This document shows, piece by piece, positions 39,665 through 49,610 of a DNA stretch of 64,000 nt. Positions within the stretch are counted from its first letter, which is position 1; each line of letters starts with the position of its first letter. The position numbers were made by a program, and so were the translations under genes. A model generated the notes under the pieces. The model saw nothing but the letters and a program-made list of their open reading frames with translations, was not told where the DNA came from and did not search any database. This DNA is from Glaucostegus cemiculus (taxonomy: Eukaryota). The stretch is taken from NCBI GenBank assembly GCA_976551045.1, contig CDPCPM010000370.1, positions 2,170,001 to 2,234,000 on the forward strand, written 5' to 3'.

Positions 39665-40015
39665 AAGACACAATACGAAACAGGCCCTTTCTCCGATCGT
39701 GTCCAGACCCATCATTGGCTACTGATTTTTCATTAATCCTACATTAGCACCATTCAATTATTATCTCCACATCCACATCAACTCGCACATCTCCAGTTTC
39801 TACAACTCATCTGCACACTTGTGGCAAATTAGAGTGACCAATTAACCTGTCAGCTTGCAAGCCTTTGGGAGTGTGAGAGGATACACGAGCACTCACTGTT
39901 AACCCAGGCAGTCGCAACGGAGAGCATGTAAACTCCTCAGAGTCTCGACCCGAGGTAAGGGTTGAACCCGGGTCTTTGGTACTGTGATACACGGCTCGAG
40001 TTGTGGCGCCACTGT
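39665..40015 (-). mobile_element. tRNA-derived SINE
   Basis: Reverse B-box GGGTTGAACCCGG and core related to the other SINE copies in the window. Confidence 0.7.
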
Positions 40016-41514
40016 ATAAAACCTTCCCCATTAAAGGCATTGGCCACGTCTTTTCTAATTTCAAACGATTGCTGAGTAAACTGATACCTACCATGAAATG
40101 TTCTTATCTCGAAATGGCTGAAATTTTCGCAGCTTTATAACAAACCGCTCCCTCCCTACAGACTGAATAGCAAAAGACGCCACTGAAAAAAATAACATAA
40201 CTGATGCTATCAGGACGGCAGCTTACACATCATCTTCCAATTCTGAGCAAGGGCATATAACCGTTGATTGCGTTGCAAACCAAAAGAGCTTAGATATTAT
40301 ATTCTGGATTTTTTACTCTTTCAACTAACATCCTGCGGTTTTGCTTCATTGTGATTTAAAGTGATGTCATTAAATGTTCAGTTGGTAGAAATTGGGTAAA
40401 GTGAACATGGAAACAAAGTTTGCTTTTGCCACGGAAACAATGTAAGGATGAAGGAGATGTGGTGTGGGGTCGATCTATTGAGCCGTGCAAATAGATGGAG
40501 GAGTAGACTTCGGGCGCAATTTCTTACTTCGGGTTTGCGCAAAGACCTCCAGAGCCCAGGTGGGCCGGCACGATGACCTTTCAAATAACTGAAAGCATCT
40601 GGACGGGTGTGGAAATCGCCGTGTTTAATTCACTGTCAAGTGAATAATAACACCAATAAAAGACACTTCTCAATTTTCCCCCGGCCTCCATGAAATCTCT
40701 ACTCAGCGTGGCTCACTTTGGTAACGCATTAAGCAAAAGGGACAATTTAGACATCGCAAGGCTAAAATCAGTGTAATGTTGTATCAGTGATGCTGGGATG
40801 ATGAAAGTGTTGTGAGATACGCGACCGGAGAGGCAGCATATCCAGCGAGCATATCCTCCTCTGCACAGACGGAAGAGGGGATTTCTCTGATGTTGTGATG
40901 TTCGTCCTCCACCCCGCTCGCCATTGTCCATCGTGAATGCAAATTTCAAATCCTTCGCGAACGGAACTTCCAGGTAGTTGATTGCTAACCTAACTGTCGT
41001 CTGTTGACAATCAATATAAATAACCAGAGAGACTAGGTATTTGAGAAGTACAGGCGTTAATGAAGGTGCGTGGCAATTCGGCAAGAGCGTGACGGGGACG
41101 GAGCACATTCAAAACTGATGTTGAAAGATGGAAAAGAGCAGCGAAAAACTGTCTCCGGATCACTTTGAAAAGAAACGTGGGAAACAGATGTCACTGGTGG
41201 AAGATGTATAAAGCAGTGCGGAAGGTGTATTCTGTAAAGCATTGGATTCACATTTAGTCGAGTGGGCTGTGAATTTGCCTTGAATGTGATGTAATTGTGC
41301 TGACCATGCCTGAGCTCTTTATATGGAAAGAGATGAGAATTTCAAATGACGGCATAAATCGTCCAGCGGCATGGTTCAGAGCAGAGACACGTTCGACAAA
41401 GACTGAGACGGTGCTGGGTGAAACTCAATGTTCCCCATTATGTGCATAGGTGCCTCAAATTTGCAAGATTAACTGAGAATACAATCTAAAGACGATAAAT
41501 AAAAAGACAGAGCA

Positions 41515-41870
41515 ATAGGGCGGCACAGTTGCGCATATGGTGCAGCCGTTCACTCACAGCGCCAGAGACCCAAATTCAATCCTGAGTTCGGCTGCTGACT
41601 GCGAGTGAAGATTGTCAGTTATCCTGGCTACCACGCGAGTTTCTTCCGGGTGCTTCGATTTCCTCCCACGTCTCAAAGACGGCCTTGTCGGTAGATTAAT
41701 ATGTGTATTAATCTTCTCTAATCTGTGAGTGGTATAATTTGGTGGGGCGGGGAATTAATGAGATTGCCGGAAGAATAAAAAGTGGGATTAATGTAGGATT
41801 GGGTAAAATGACTGCCTGATTGTTCATTTATGCTCTATCGACCGGAAGGCCAGATCTTCATCTTTCTATG
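41515..41870 (+). mobile_element. tRNA-derived SINE
   Basis: GGGCGGCACAG...TTCAATCCTGA...TTTCCTCCCACGTCTCAAAGACG. Confidence 0.72.
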
Positions 41871-41917
41871 ACTCGCGCCCAATCTGATTTCATGATTCAA
41901 TAAAAGGCGAGGTAGAT

Positions 41918-41956
41918 GGTTTTTGAAAGACTTTGCCTTTGTTGTGTTTCACTGTG
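41918..41956 (-). other. 23-spacer RSS of the supporting V-delta
   Basis: Minus strand: CACAGTG (41956-41950), 23-nt spacer, TCAAAAACC (41926-41918). Confidence 0.93.
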
Positions 41957-42268
41957 TGGTGCGAGGTCTCATCGCACAGTAATACAGAGCCGAGTCGCTC
42001 AGTTGCGGTTTGGAGATAACAAGCAAAACCGTTTTCTCAGCCGGATCGTGCAATGTAAGAATTCGATCCACGAGAGCTTCTTCTGCATCTGGCTTTCCGG
42101 ATGTACGCATCTGAATTAAGAATGTCGGAGTTTGCCCTGGGTAATGTCGATACCAGAGTACAGTGTGGTGACAGTAGCCTGAATATTCGCACCTTAAATT
42201 AACACGGTAATGGGCATAAGATGATTGAACAAGAGGATTTTGACGCAAGACAGATTTCCTTTCGGGAT
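41957..42268 (-). CDS. NAR-TCR supporting TCR-delta V segment (leaderless, extra CDR1 cysteine)
   Basis: Acceptor cttatcctgcag; reads DPERKSVLRQNP...LRCEYSGYCHHTVLWYRHYPGQTP...DSALYYCAMRP. No convincing leader with a phase-1 donor nearby. In frame with the J donor at 44369. Confidence 0.85.
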
Positions 42269-42504
42269 CTGCAGGATAAGAATGGAAGAAAATCACTTTA
42301 TGTACAGGGGATACACCTCGCAACTATTTCAGTTGAAAACCTTATTAGCATATTTCATTTGCACTGGTGCCTCCAACTTTCAAAATCAGCTGGGAATGCA
42401 ATTGAATGTAAATAAGGAACAGAAAAATAGAGTGAAATAGAGCGGCGTAGTTTTGCGTCATCGCGTAGGAACAGGGAAAAATATGAATCTCTGGTTTCCT
42501 TCCG

Positions 42505-42800
42505 AATAAGATAAGATCAGATCTTTATTAGTCACATGTACATCGAAACACAGTGAAAAACATCTTTCGGACAGTGTTCTGGGGGCAGCCCGCAAGTGTC
42601 GCCACGTTTCCGCTGCCAACAGTGCATGTCCATAACTTCCTAACCTGCACGTCTTTGGAATGTCAAAGCAAAACTGGAGCACCCGGAGGAAACCCACGCA
42701 GATATGGGGATAACCTGCAACCTCCTTACAGACAATAGCCGTATTTGAACCCGAGTCGCTGACACTGCAAAACTTTATGCTAACCACTATGCTGCCGTGC
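42505..42800 (-). mobile_element. SINE with (ATAAG)n tail inside the J-to-supporting-V intron
   Basis: AAACTGGAGCACCCGGAGGAAACCCACGCAG core and tRNA-like TTTGAACCCG. Confidence 0.78.
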
Positions 42801-44368
42801 CTGCCAGAGGTGAAGGGAGTCACATTATGGTAATATTTAACAATTGAGAAGCTTGCAGTTTTATACTTTGAGTTAAAGACCTTCAAATTCTGAACTCTCA
42901 ACAGATTGCCTATTTACAAATATCTTGTGCGCGGGGTTGTGGGCGAAATTCCCACGTACACTGCAACTAAGAATGAACAACGGGAGCGTCTTTGCAAATC
43001 GGACAATGACCACATGGTGGTTAACTTCCAACTGAACTTGGAAAACCAAAACAAATGAACACACTGCTTCCTTCCATCAAATTACATTTCATTTCAGTTC
43101 AGCAGTAATAAGTGGCCATTGATCTGTTAATTGTCAAGTTTATGACTCGGATTTGCAGTTTCTCTTTCCACAGACACTGCCACAATCTCTGCGTTTCCCA
43201 ATCAATTTTGGATTTCGTTTCAGATTTCCAGAATCTGCAGAGTCTTTTCTGTCTTTAATGTTATGTTGTTTACTCTTCTCCACTGCTCTTCAAATTGTCC
43301 GACTGTATTGCCTGCCTGATGTATTACTGATACTGCGTCACAGTGGTCCCAAATCCAGCCATTTTGGGTCAATTGTAGTCAATGTCTACTCTATGGAAAA
43401 GGCTCAGAAAACCTGGCCACCGCCCTGTTCAGCTGCTTCCTCAGTAACCCCCTCCAGAAACTTTCCATTTGTAAAGGGCCCTGAGCTCTGTGTCTACACA
43501 GCCTGCTGCTTTCCAGTCTTGGCTGCTTGACTGGCGCATGCTATTTCCTCTACACATTAGGTAATATTATCTCGTGGTTGGCAAAACAGTCAATTCTCCA
43601 TTCTGTATATATTCTACTCGGTGTCAATAAAATATTAAAATCTTGCTCTTGTTCGGTTGTTGCACAATAAATCGGGCCAAAAACACTTTACACCTTTTTT
43701 AAAAAAGTATACTGAACCACCTCGTAAACGGCATGGAAATCACAGCAGATAAAAATCTAAAATCTGAATGATCCCGAGATTTATACGTTATGGATCTATC
43801 AACCAACGTACTCTGTACATGTCCCGATAATTTAGTTTCATTGAAAAAAATAAAACCGATGTTCCCTTCCCTTCGCCGAAGTCAGTTTCACATTCTGATC
43901 AGTCCGTGGGGAAACAAGCGTCCCTCAACTTCCCAGTTAGACGAAAAGGGAAATAAACACAGAAATATGACAGGAAAATAATTGGGGTGAATGTCAGATA
44001 AAATGCAATTCATATCGACATTCGAATATCCACTGAATAAATTGTATTCAGGCATTCTTAGTTAACAATTTCAATTATGGGACCTTCGATTAATCCTTTA
44101 ATCTTTGGACAATTTGTGGCGCCATGTAAGTAATTGGATATTCAGATGTGGGTAACCTGAAATCCCCTCCTTCTCTCCTTTTTCCATATTGTACTCTACC
44201 CAGAATACACGTTGATTTTCAGATAACGAACCGAAAATTGCAAGGCAGACCCTGTAACACGAGAGATCTGCTTTGTGTTTCCAACTCTTGGAGAACACAT
44301 ATTTAAAATATAACGGCGGGCTTTATCGTGTGATGAGTTGCAAAGGGGAGATGTTCGGGCTGACTTAC

Positions 44369-44432
44369 CGGGTGTCACATTTACCGCCGTACCAGCTCCA
44401 TCGACATATTCAGCCCTCTCTCCCTAGGCAGA
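44369..44432 (-). CDS. NAR-TCR joining (J) segment
   Basis: Reads SA*GERAEYVDGAGTAVNVTP plus G, then donor GTAAGT. NAR-type xGxGT motif with Asp where conventional J segments have Phe/Trp. In-frame TAG at 44426-44424 near the 5' end. Confidence 0.85.
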
Positions 44433-44460
44433 CACACTGTTTGCAATCAGTAGAAAATCC
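44433..44460 (+). other. 12-spacer RSS of the NAR-TCR J segment
   Basis: CACACTG (44433-44439), 12-nt spacer, AGAAAATCC (44452-44460), facing the NAR-like V RSS. Confidence 0.78.
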
Positions 44461-44498
44461 TCAGTTGCCTTTTGAGCTGGGTGGACAGCAGTTGAGCG

Positions 44499-44575
44499 GG
44501 TTTGGGTCGCGGCTCCCGGTTGCAAATTTTGCCACTGTGTTCTGTTCAGTGTGCTGGAAGTCCGGAAAAGAAAAC
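44499..44575 (-). other. Candidate degenerate NAR-TCR D segment (core ~44540-44546) with flanking RSS remnants
   Basis: Perfect heptamer at 44533-44539 with a nonamer-like GGTTTGGGT 25 nt away. On the other side: CAGTGTG (44547-44553), 12-nt spacer, AAAAGAAAA. Lies between V and J as expected. Confidence 0.5.
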
Positions 44576-44797
44576 ATTCGTAACTGGCCGATAGCAATGA
44601 GATTGCAATCCTTTCTAAAGACAGACCGACTGCAAAACAATTATCCTTCGGCAAACTGAAGGGTTCAACTGAAAATCCATAACAAGCATTGTATATATTT
44701 TTTTAAATGGTGCGTAGAGGCCCGAGATAGTTGCATGGACTTTACCGGTGAATTCCATCCAATTTTGTTCTTTTTTTCTGGGATTGAAAGCAGTGGG

Positions 44798-44835
44798 AAT
44801 TTTTGTACGACGAAAGGATCAAATCTATCACTGTG
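44798..44835 (-). other. 23-type RSS (22-nt spacer) of the NAR-like V
   Basis: Minus strand: CACAGTG (44835-44829), 22-nt spacer, ACAAAAATT (44806-44798). Confidence 0.85.
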
Positions 44836-45131
44836 CATGCTCCAGTCTCTGTACTGAGCCTTGCAGTAATTGCTGGCGTTATCCTCAATTCTCAGAAGCA
44901 GAATCTTGAAAGTAAGCTTCTTTTCCGTCTCATTTGTGGAAGTAACATATCGTCCTCCGGGAAACACCATCACCAAGTCGGTGTGGGACTTTCCTTTCTT
45001 GAAGACATGCCATCTCTCCAATTTGTTCCCCACCTCATTGTAGTCAGTGAACCGACAGCTGATGATGACAGACTGACATTCCATCTGGGTCACCGCAGGC
45101 GGGCTTTGCAGAACTGTCTGGCTGAACGTGA
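44836..45131 (-). CDS. NAR-TCR variable segment (IgNAR-like V domain; possibly a pseudogene)
   Basis: Acceptor aatttgcag; reads VTFSQTVLQSPPAVTQMECQSVIISCRF...FKKGKS...GGRYVTSTN...LRIEDNASNYCKAQY. Has the IgNAR-like GGRYV motif, a short FR2/CDR2 region, YCKA and an extra FR1 cysteine. Confidence 0.82.
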
Positions 45132-45286
45132 CTGCAAATTAAACGTCCAGAAGGGGGTCGGTCAGTGAGTTGTTGGGGGAAGAAGGAGAACATTTTTTAA
45201 ACTCTGGAAGTGTCCATGATTCAGAAGGAAATCGCATAGGATTATAATAAACCAAAACAGTACCAGTGTGATTGACCAGAACTCAC

Positions 45287-45329
45287 CGGTTAATAAGACA
45301 ATCTGAGGGAAAACTAGCAGGATACCCGT
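45287..45329 (-). CDS. Leader exon of the NAR-TCR V (expected start reads ACG; in-frame ATG upstream at 45368)
   Basis: (T)GILLVFPQIVLLT plus G, donor gtgagt. Phase 1, in frame with the V exon. Confidence 0.7.
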
Positions 45330-47559
45330 CGCTCTGTTGCTGAGAGTTGATTGCTGATGTGACAACATTTTGGACACTTTAGCTCCAGGAGGCACTGGGG
45401 CACACTCACTCAAGGTTGGTCTGAAGCATATGAGCACGCGGGGATGATTCATACAGCGCGGAGTGATGTTGATTACAGATAGATGGCACATAACCTGAAT
45501 CCCCGGATTATGTCATGTGATAGAGTGGTTACTTTTATTCAAACACCGTTGACATTTCCATCATGCTAAGTGTCTCTCTCCGAAGTGAGATCCCCGCGCA
45601 CATTGATCTCAAGCGCAGTGGTGAGGAGGAGATCGTAATGCAGTCCTCTCGACTGACTGCTACTCTCAATGCCTTGCAGGAGAGAACTTTGAAGTCCTTG
45701 TCCATTTTGGTACGCTGTTTGTCTCCTGTAAACATCTGCACGTAACCGTGATTTCATCACAAAACCTGTCCGAATCTCTCCTCGTCACAGAGGTCCGTCA
45801 TGAATGAAATGTTTGGAGTTAGTCATGAGTTTCGTGCAGTCAGCACACACTTGAAAGCGATCCACAATTAGTCGAACACGTTTATATTATTGGAGTGGCA
45901 AAAGACTGCAGGTGCTGCAATGCGGAACACAAACAATCTGGTGGAAGAAGTCAATGGACTGATGGCCTTTCAGCATAAACCGTCAGAGTGGACAACAAGG
46001 TAATGTTGCCAAAGGCTCGGAAGGCAGAGGCTGATATCACACTGGAGTCTGCCTGTTGGCAGCCACAGGGTCCTTGCTTCTACGGTGTCTTAAAGCCTGA
46101 GCTGAATAGTGCTGCATTGAACGTTGAGCATCATTACACGCAGGTTACAAAGATTAACTGGATTAAATCACATCATTCATATTTTGGACCGACTGAAGAG
46201 TGGATAAATGTCATTCTCCCATGATAACTATATTTTGAACGCAAAAAATACAAACAGGATTCCAGATTAACCTAATGCTGCGTCAATACCTAAGGCTTGT
46301 CAACAAGCGTTACCATCTGCTCCAATAAATGAGCAACTACCAACCCATAAATGCACCTGGAGATAGATAGAGAGCCACAGTGTAATCAATGACTCAGATT
46401 GAATCAAACTGATTTATATCTCAGACCTGGTGGTGTAAAATCCTGCAAAGCTCTATGCCTTCAGGAAGTTCGCAAATAAACATAGGTTATGCAGAGTGTC
46501 AAGCAGTACTGGACTGGATGCAAGCAGGGAAGTGACCCCATTCCCATTTTCACGAGTCTACAAACAGATTTCACTGAACCAAAATAGAGTCTGGGAATTT
46601 TGAACCAAAATGAGGAAATCTCTGTTCAGAAGTCGAGAAATCTTTGAAATGCTTTTTTTTCCTTTTCCAGGAGAGCTGTGGAAACAGTGTTCTAAGTTCA
46701 GCACTTGATGAGGTTATTGAAAACAGACTGGTATATTTCTGCATGTTCAGGCAATGAAGGTTAATGTGGAAGTGCAGGAAGATGAGTTAGAAGGACAGCA
46801 AAGATATTGAAGAATGACGGTAAAACAACTGGGTGAAAATGACAATTTGCAGCAAACATTATTTAAAAAATCATCCTATAGAGGGAGCTTGCAGCAGCAC
46901 CAACGCCGTCATAAGGGTTCAGGGAAAAGAGGCGACGGAAGGAACTTCGGAGGACTCAGAACACTTGTGTAACAAACAAAAATATTTATCTTGGACCTAT
47001 TTCAGCTCTGCGGAAAGCGCACCTATTTCTTTTTTTTTTCAATATGGTAAGTAGTTCAGCAACGGACTCTTGGAGTATCCGGATACAGGGTGAAACTGTA
47101 AGAGACATTGAACATTCATTGTGAACACGAGTACTCCGGAACTAGAACATTCGAGACTTCCAAAGTCGTGCAAGTCATTCTCGGTGTCCTTAGTGTGCGT
47201 GGGAGAGACAATGCAAAAGTTGAAAGATTCGATTCAATTGAGGAAGAAATATGTTCCTGGACAAAAGCACGCTGCAATAAAGGATCGACTGGTTAGGATC
47301 CTTTACAGATTTGGAAGTGGGAGCCCTTCTTGGGTTTTGGAAAAGTCAAGATGGAGACCAGAACTCGGGTTGGGATATGAATACGAGGCACGGGACTTAC
47401 AAGAACTCTCCCTTACACACTCCGGAAGATGCATTGTATCTTCTTTCGGGCCTAGTGTGACCTTAGGTCGTCAATATCGAATGGCAAGGAATAATCCTGG
47501 CACAAACGCAAGAGGCAAAGCTTACCTAATACAAATAAATTCAACCTTCCTACCCCTGA

Positions 47560-48150
47560 GATACAAAAGGCATTGTCATCAAGAAGAGCATAAGGTCACC
47601 ATCAGAGAGTCTCCACCACTGTCTGTCGACTCAATGCAAACAGATGGATTATTTTTTTCGAAGAGATGAGGTTGGAAACTCCATATCTTGCGTCGAATGG
47701 CCCACATCACTGCAGACAATGTAATTTGTATCATTTACGAAGCACAAGCGAACAGCGTGATGGGATTCTCTCCATTTGCCTGGATGTAAGAAATTCGGCC
47801 TTGTACGAACAAATCAGCCCACTTGAATGGAATTCGTCACTCCACGGGTGACACACTGTTGCTGCGGGACGTGTCTTCAACGAAGTCACAGCATCTGCCA
47901 GTCTCAACAGCGCAGAGAATACTTCCCAAACCAGGGTCCTCTGCAACCAAGGAGGACAATGTAAGCAGTGGCATGAAAGCACCACCACCTCAGGTTCTCC
48001 TCGAGTCTCCCAACCGTCTCCTTCCTTCGGCGTTACTACAGCGACGCCTTGTGAAAGCCCGCGACACTCTATCCAATATTGAGCTGCATGGGAACAAGAT
48101 GAAAGCTCACTGCCAGCTTCTGACAAAAATTGGTGCTGGGCAGTAAAAGC
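47560..48150 (+). mobile_element. Decayed LINE 3' fragment; related pieces at ~51760-52330, ~55900-56490 and ~59930-60140
   Basis: Shared degenerate motifs (tttctcc.cttgcctggatg, ctcaccaccacct, ggatgagcaat). Family not resolved. Confidence 0.5.
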
Positions 48151-49112
48151 CAGCTGTTCTCCATAAACGAATAAAATTAACAATTATAAAACCTCTCATT
48201 TTACAAAAGGAACTGAGACATAAATTACGCTGCATCGCATGAACTATCATTCAGGAAATAAAATTATTCAGCGAGACTGGGTGATGCGTAACCACCTGCG
48301 TCTCCTGAATTAGTTCACTTCTGTTAATTCGCCGATGTTCTTTGTTGAATTACGGTGACGATGATGAAAATCAGTCTTCCAGAATTCCCTATCTGTTTAA
48401 TTTATGTCACGGGCATAAGATTCGCAGAAGATTGGGTTTATGGAGGGTTGCAAGTGGGAGATTGTCTGCACTAATTTCTAAAAGAGCAAACTCTCTTACT
48501 TAAAAACAACGTTTACCAACATTACTGTTATTTGATTTACAATGAATGTGTTACATTTATTATGATGTGCAAATGCAGATGGTTACTCCAGCTCTGCACT
48601 TCGGGTGCACTTGTTGTTATCACTGAAATTGTCGTTGCAGTTGTTGCTGTTGTTTTGGTACCCGTCAGAAGTACCTTCGGGCTCTTTCGACTGTCTTTCT
48701 CAGTGGCAAGGCTGCAATACTCGCCCATCAATGGCAGGGGTTGAGTTCAGCTCTTGAATGGTGATGTAGTCACTGTGGTCGCCGTGAACTGAACCCTATC
48801 CAGGGGTATTCAAGAAGGAATTCAAGACGAAGATTCGACCTAAAATGCATCAACGTAACGGGCTCTCACCGGATTCGGGAAAATGAGACGCTCTACAAAT
48901 GGAGACACTGAGCAGAGAACAGGAAAGAACACCGTCCAATAATCGAACGGCAAGATTCACGGCAGAGAGCTTCCAGCGAAAAGCAAAAAAAAAAACCAAC
49001 ACGAGTGCAGCTGCGCAATTAGAACCAAGCCGACCTTTGAGAAAATAGTCGGGAAGCTGGGAAACCGCAAACATCACTATTTAAAAAGCGCATCGGCGTC
49101 TTCAGGAGCTGA

Positions 49113-49151
49113 AGTTTTTGTGCGAGGGTTTAACTTATTCTCATCACTGTG
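49113..49151 (-). other. 23-spacer RSS of V segment 5
   Basis: CACAGTG, 23-nt spacer, ACAAAAACT. Confidence 0.94.
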
Positions 49152-49458
49152 AGCCACAGGGTGCAGTAATAAACTGCAGAATCACTGTGTTCCAGCTTGG
49201 AGATGCTCAAACTGATGAATTTATTCGCGGTACTGAGCTCGACGGTGAAACGATTTCCAGCAAACTCTGCTTTCCATAGTTCACCATCGCTGTCTTTCCG
49301 AAGAGTATACTCAGGCTGTGTTCCTGGCCGCTGTCTATACCAGAGTAATATATAGCTATTTTTGTTGGTATCGTAGGAGCAGCTGAACGTCACCGCTTCT
49401 CCTTGTACCTTGACTTCTGGGAGAGATGGCTGAGTGACAGATTCGGCATGACTGTAAT
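49152..49458 (-). CDS. T-cell receptor alpha/delta variable gene segment 5 (V exon)
   Basis: Reads YSHAESVTQPS...VTFSCSYDT...LWYRQRPGTQPEY...DSAVYYCTLW. Acceptor tttttgcag; open frame. Confidence 0.95.
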
Positions 49459-49564
49459 CTGCAAAAATATTTTCAAACAGGAAAATAGTCAAAGCAACGG
49501 CAGTTGAGGTCTGGGATTCGTGCCAAGGAAAATGGAAAGTAAAGTGCATTTGTCGCACACTTAC

Positions 49565-49610
49565 TTCTTATAAATTCTCCCCACACAATCCAGATGACAA
49601 AGAACCGCAT
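49565..49610 (-). CDS. Leader exon of V segment 5
   Basis: MRFFVIWIVWGEFIR plus A, donor gtaagt. 46 nt, phase 1. Confidence 0.9.

Noticed and set aside
40713-41108. 131-aa ORF containing an ATGCAAAT octamer; also ORFs at 1291-1593 and 47121-47669
   Set aside because: No recognisable domain, exon structure or RSS. Treated as chance ORFs.
42350-42461. Hydrophobic ORF MTQNYAALFHSIFLFLIYIQL upstream of the supporting V as its possible leader
   Set aside because: No consensus phase-1 donor before the stop codon. The J donor explains the acceptor better. Not fully excluded.
48560-48735. Thr-rich mucin-like ORF downstream of V5, with related sequence at ~52770-52890 and ~57430-57550, as a possible stalk exon
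   Set aside because: The frame is not preserved in the V6 copy, there are no consistent splice sites, and it lies beyond the RSS. The similarity is explained by the segmental duplication.
48739-48777. CACTGTG with a GGTTGAGTT nonamer-like sequence 23 nt away
   Set aside because: The nonamer matches only 5/9, no V exon is adjacent, and the heptamer is not conserved in the paralogous units.
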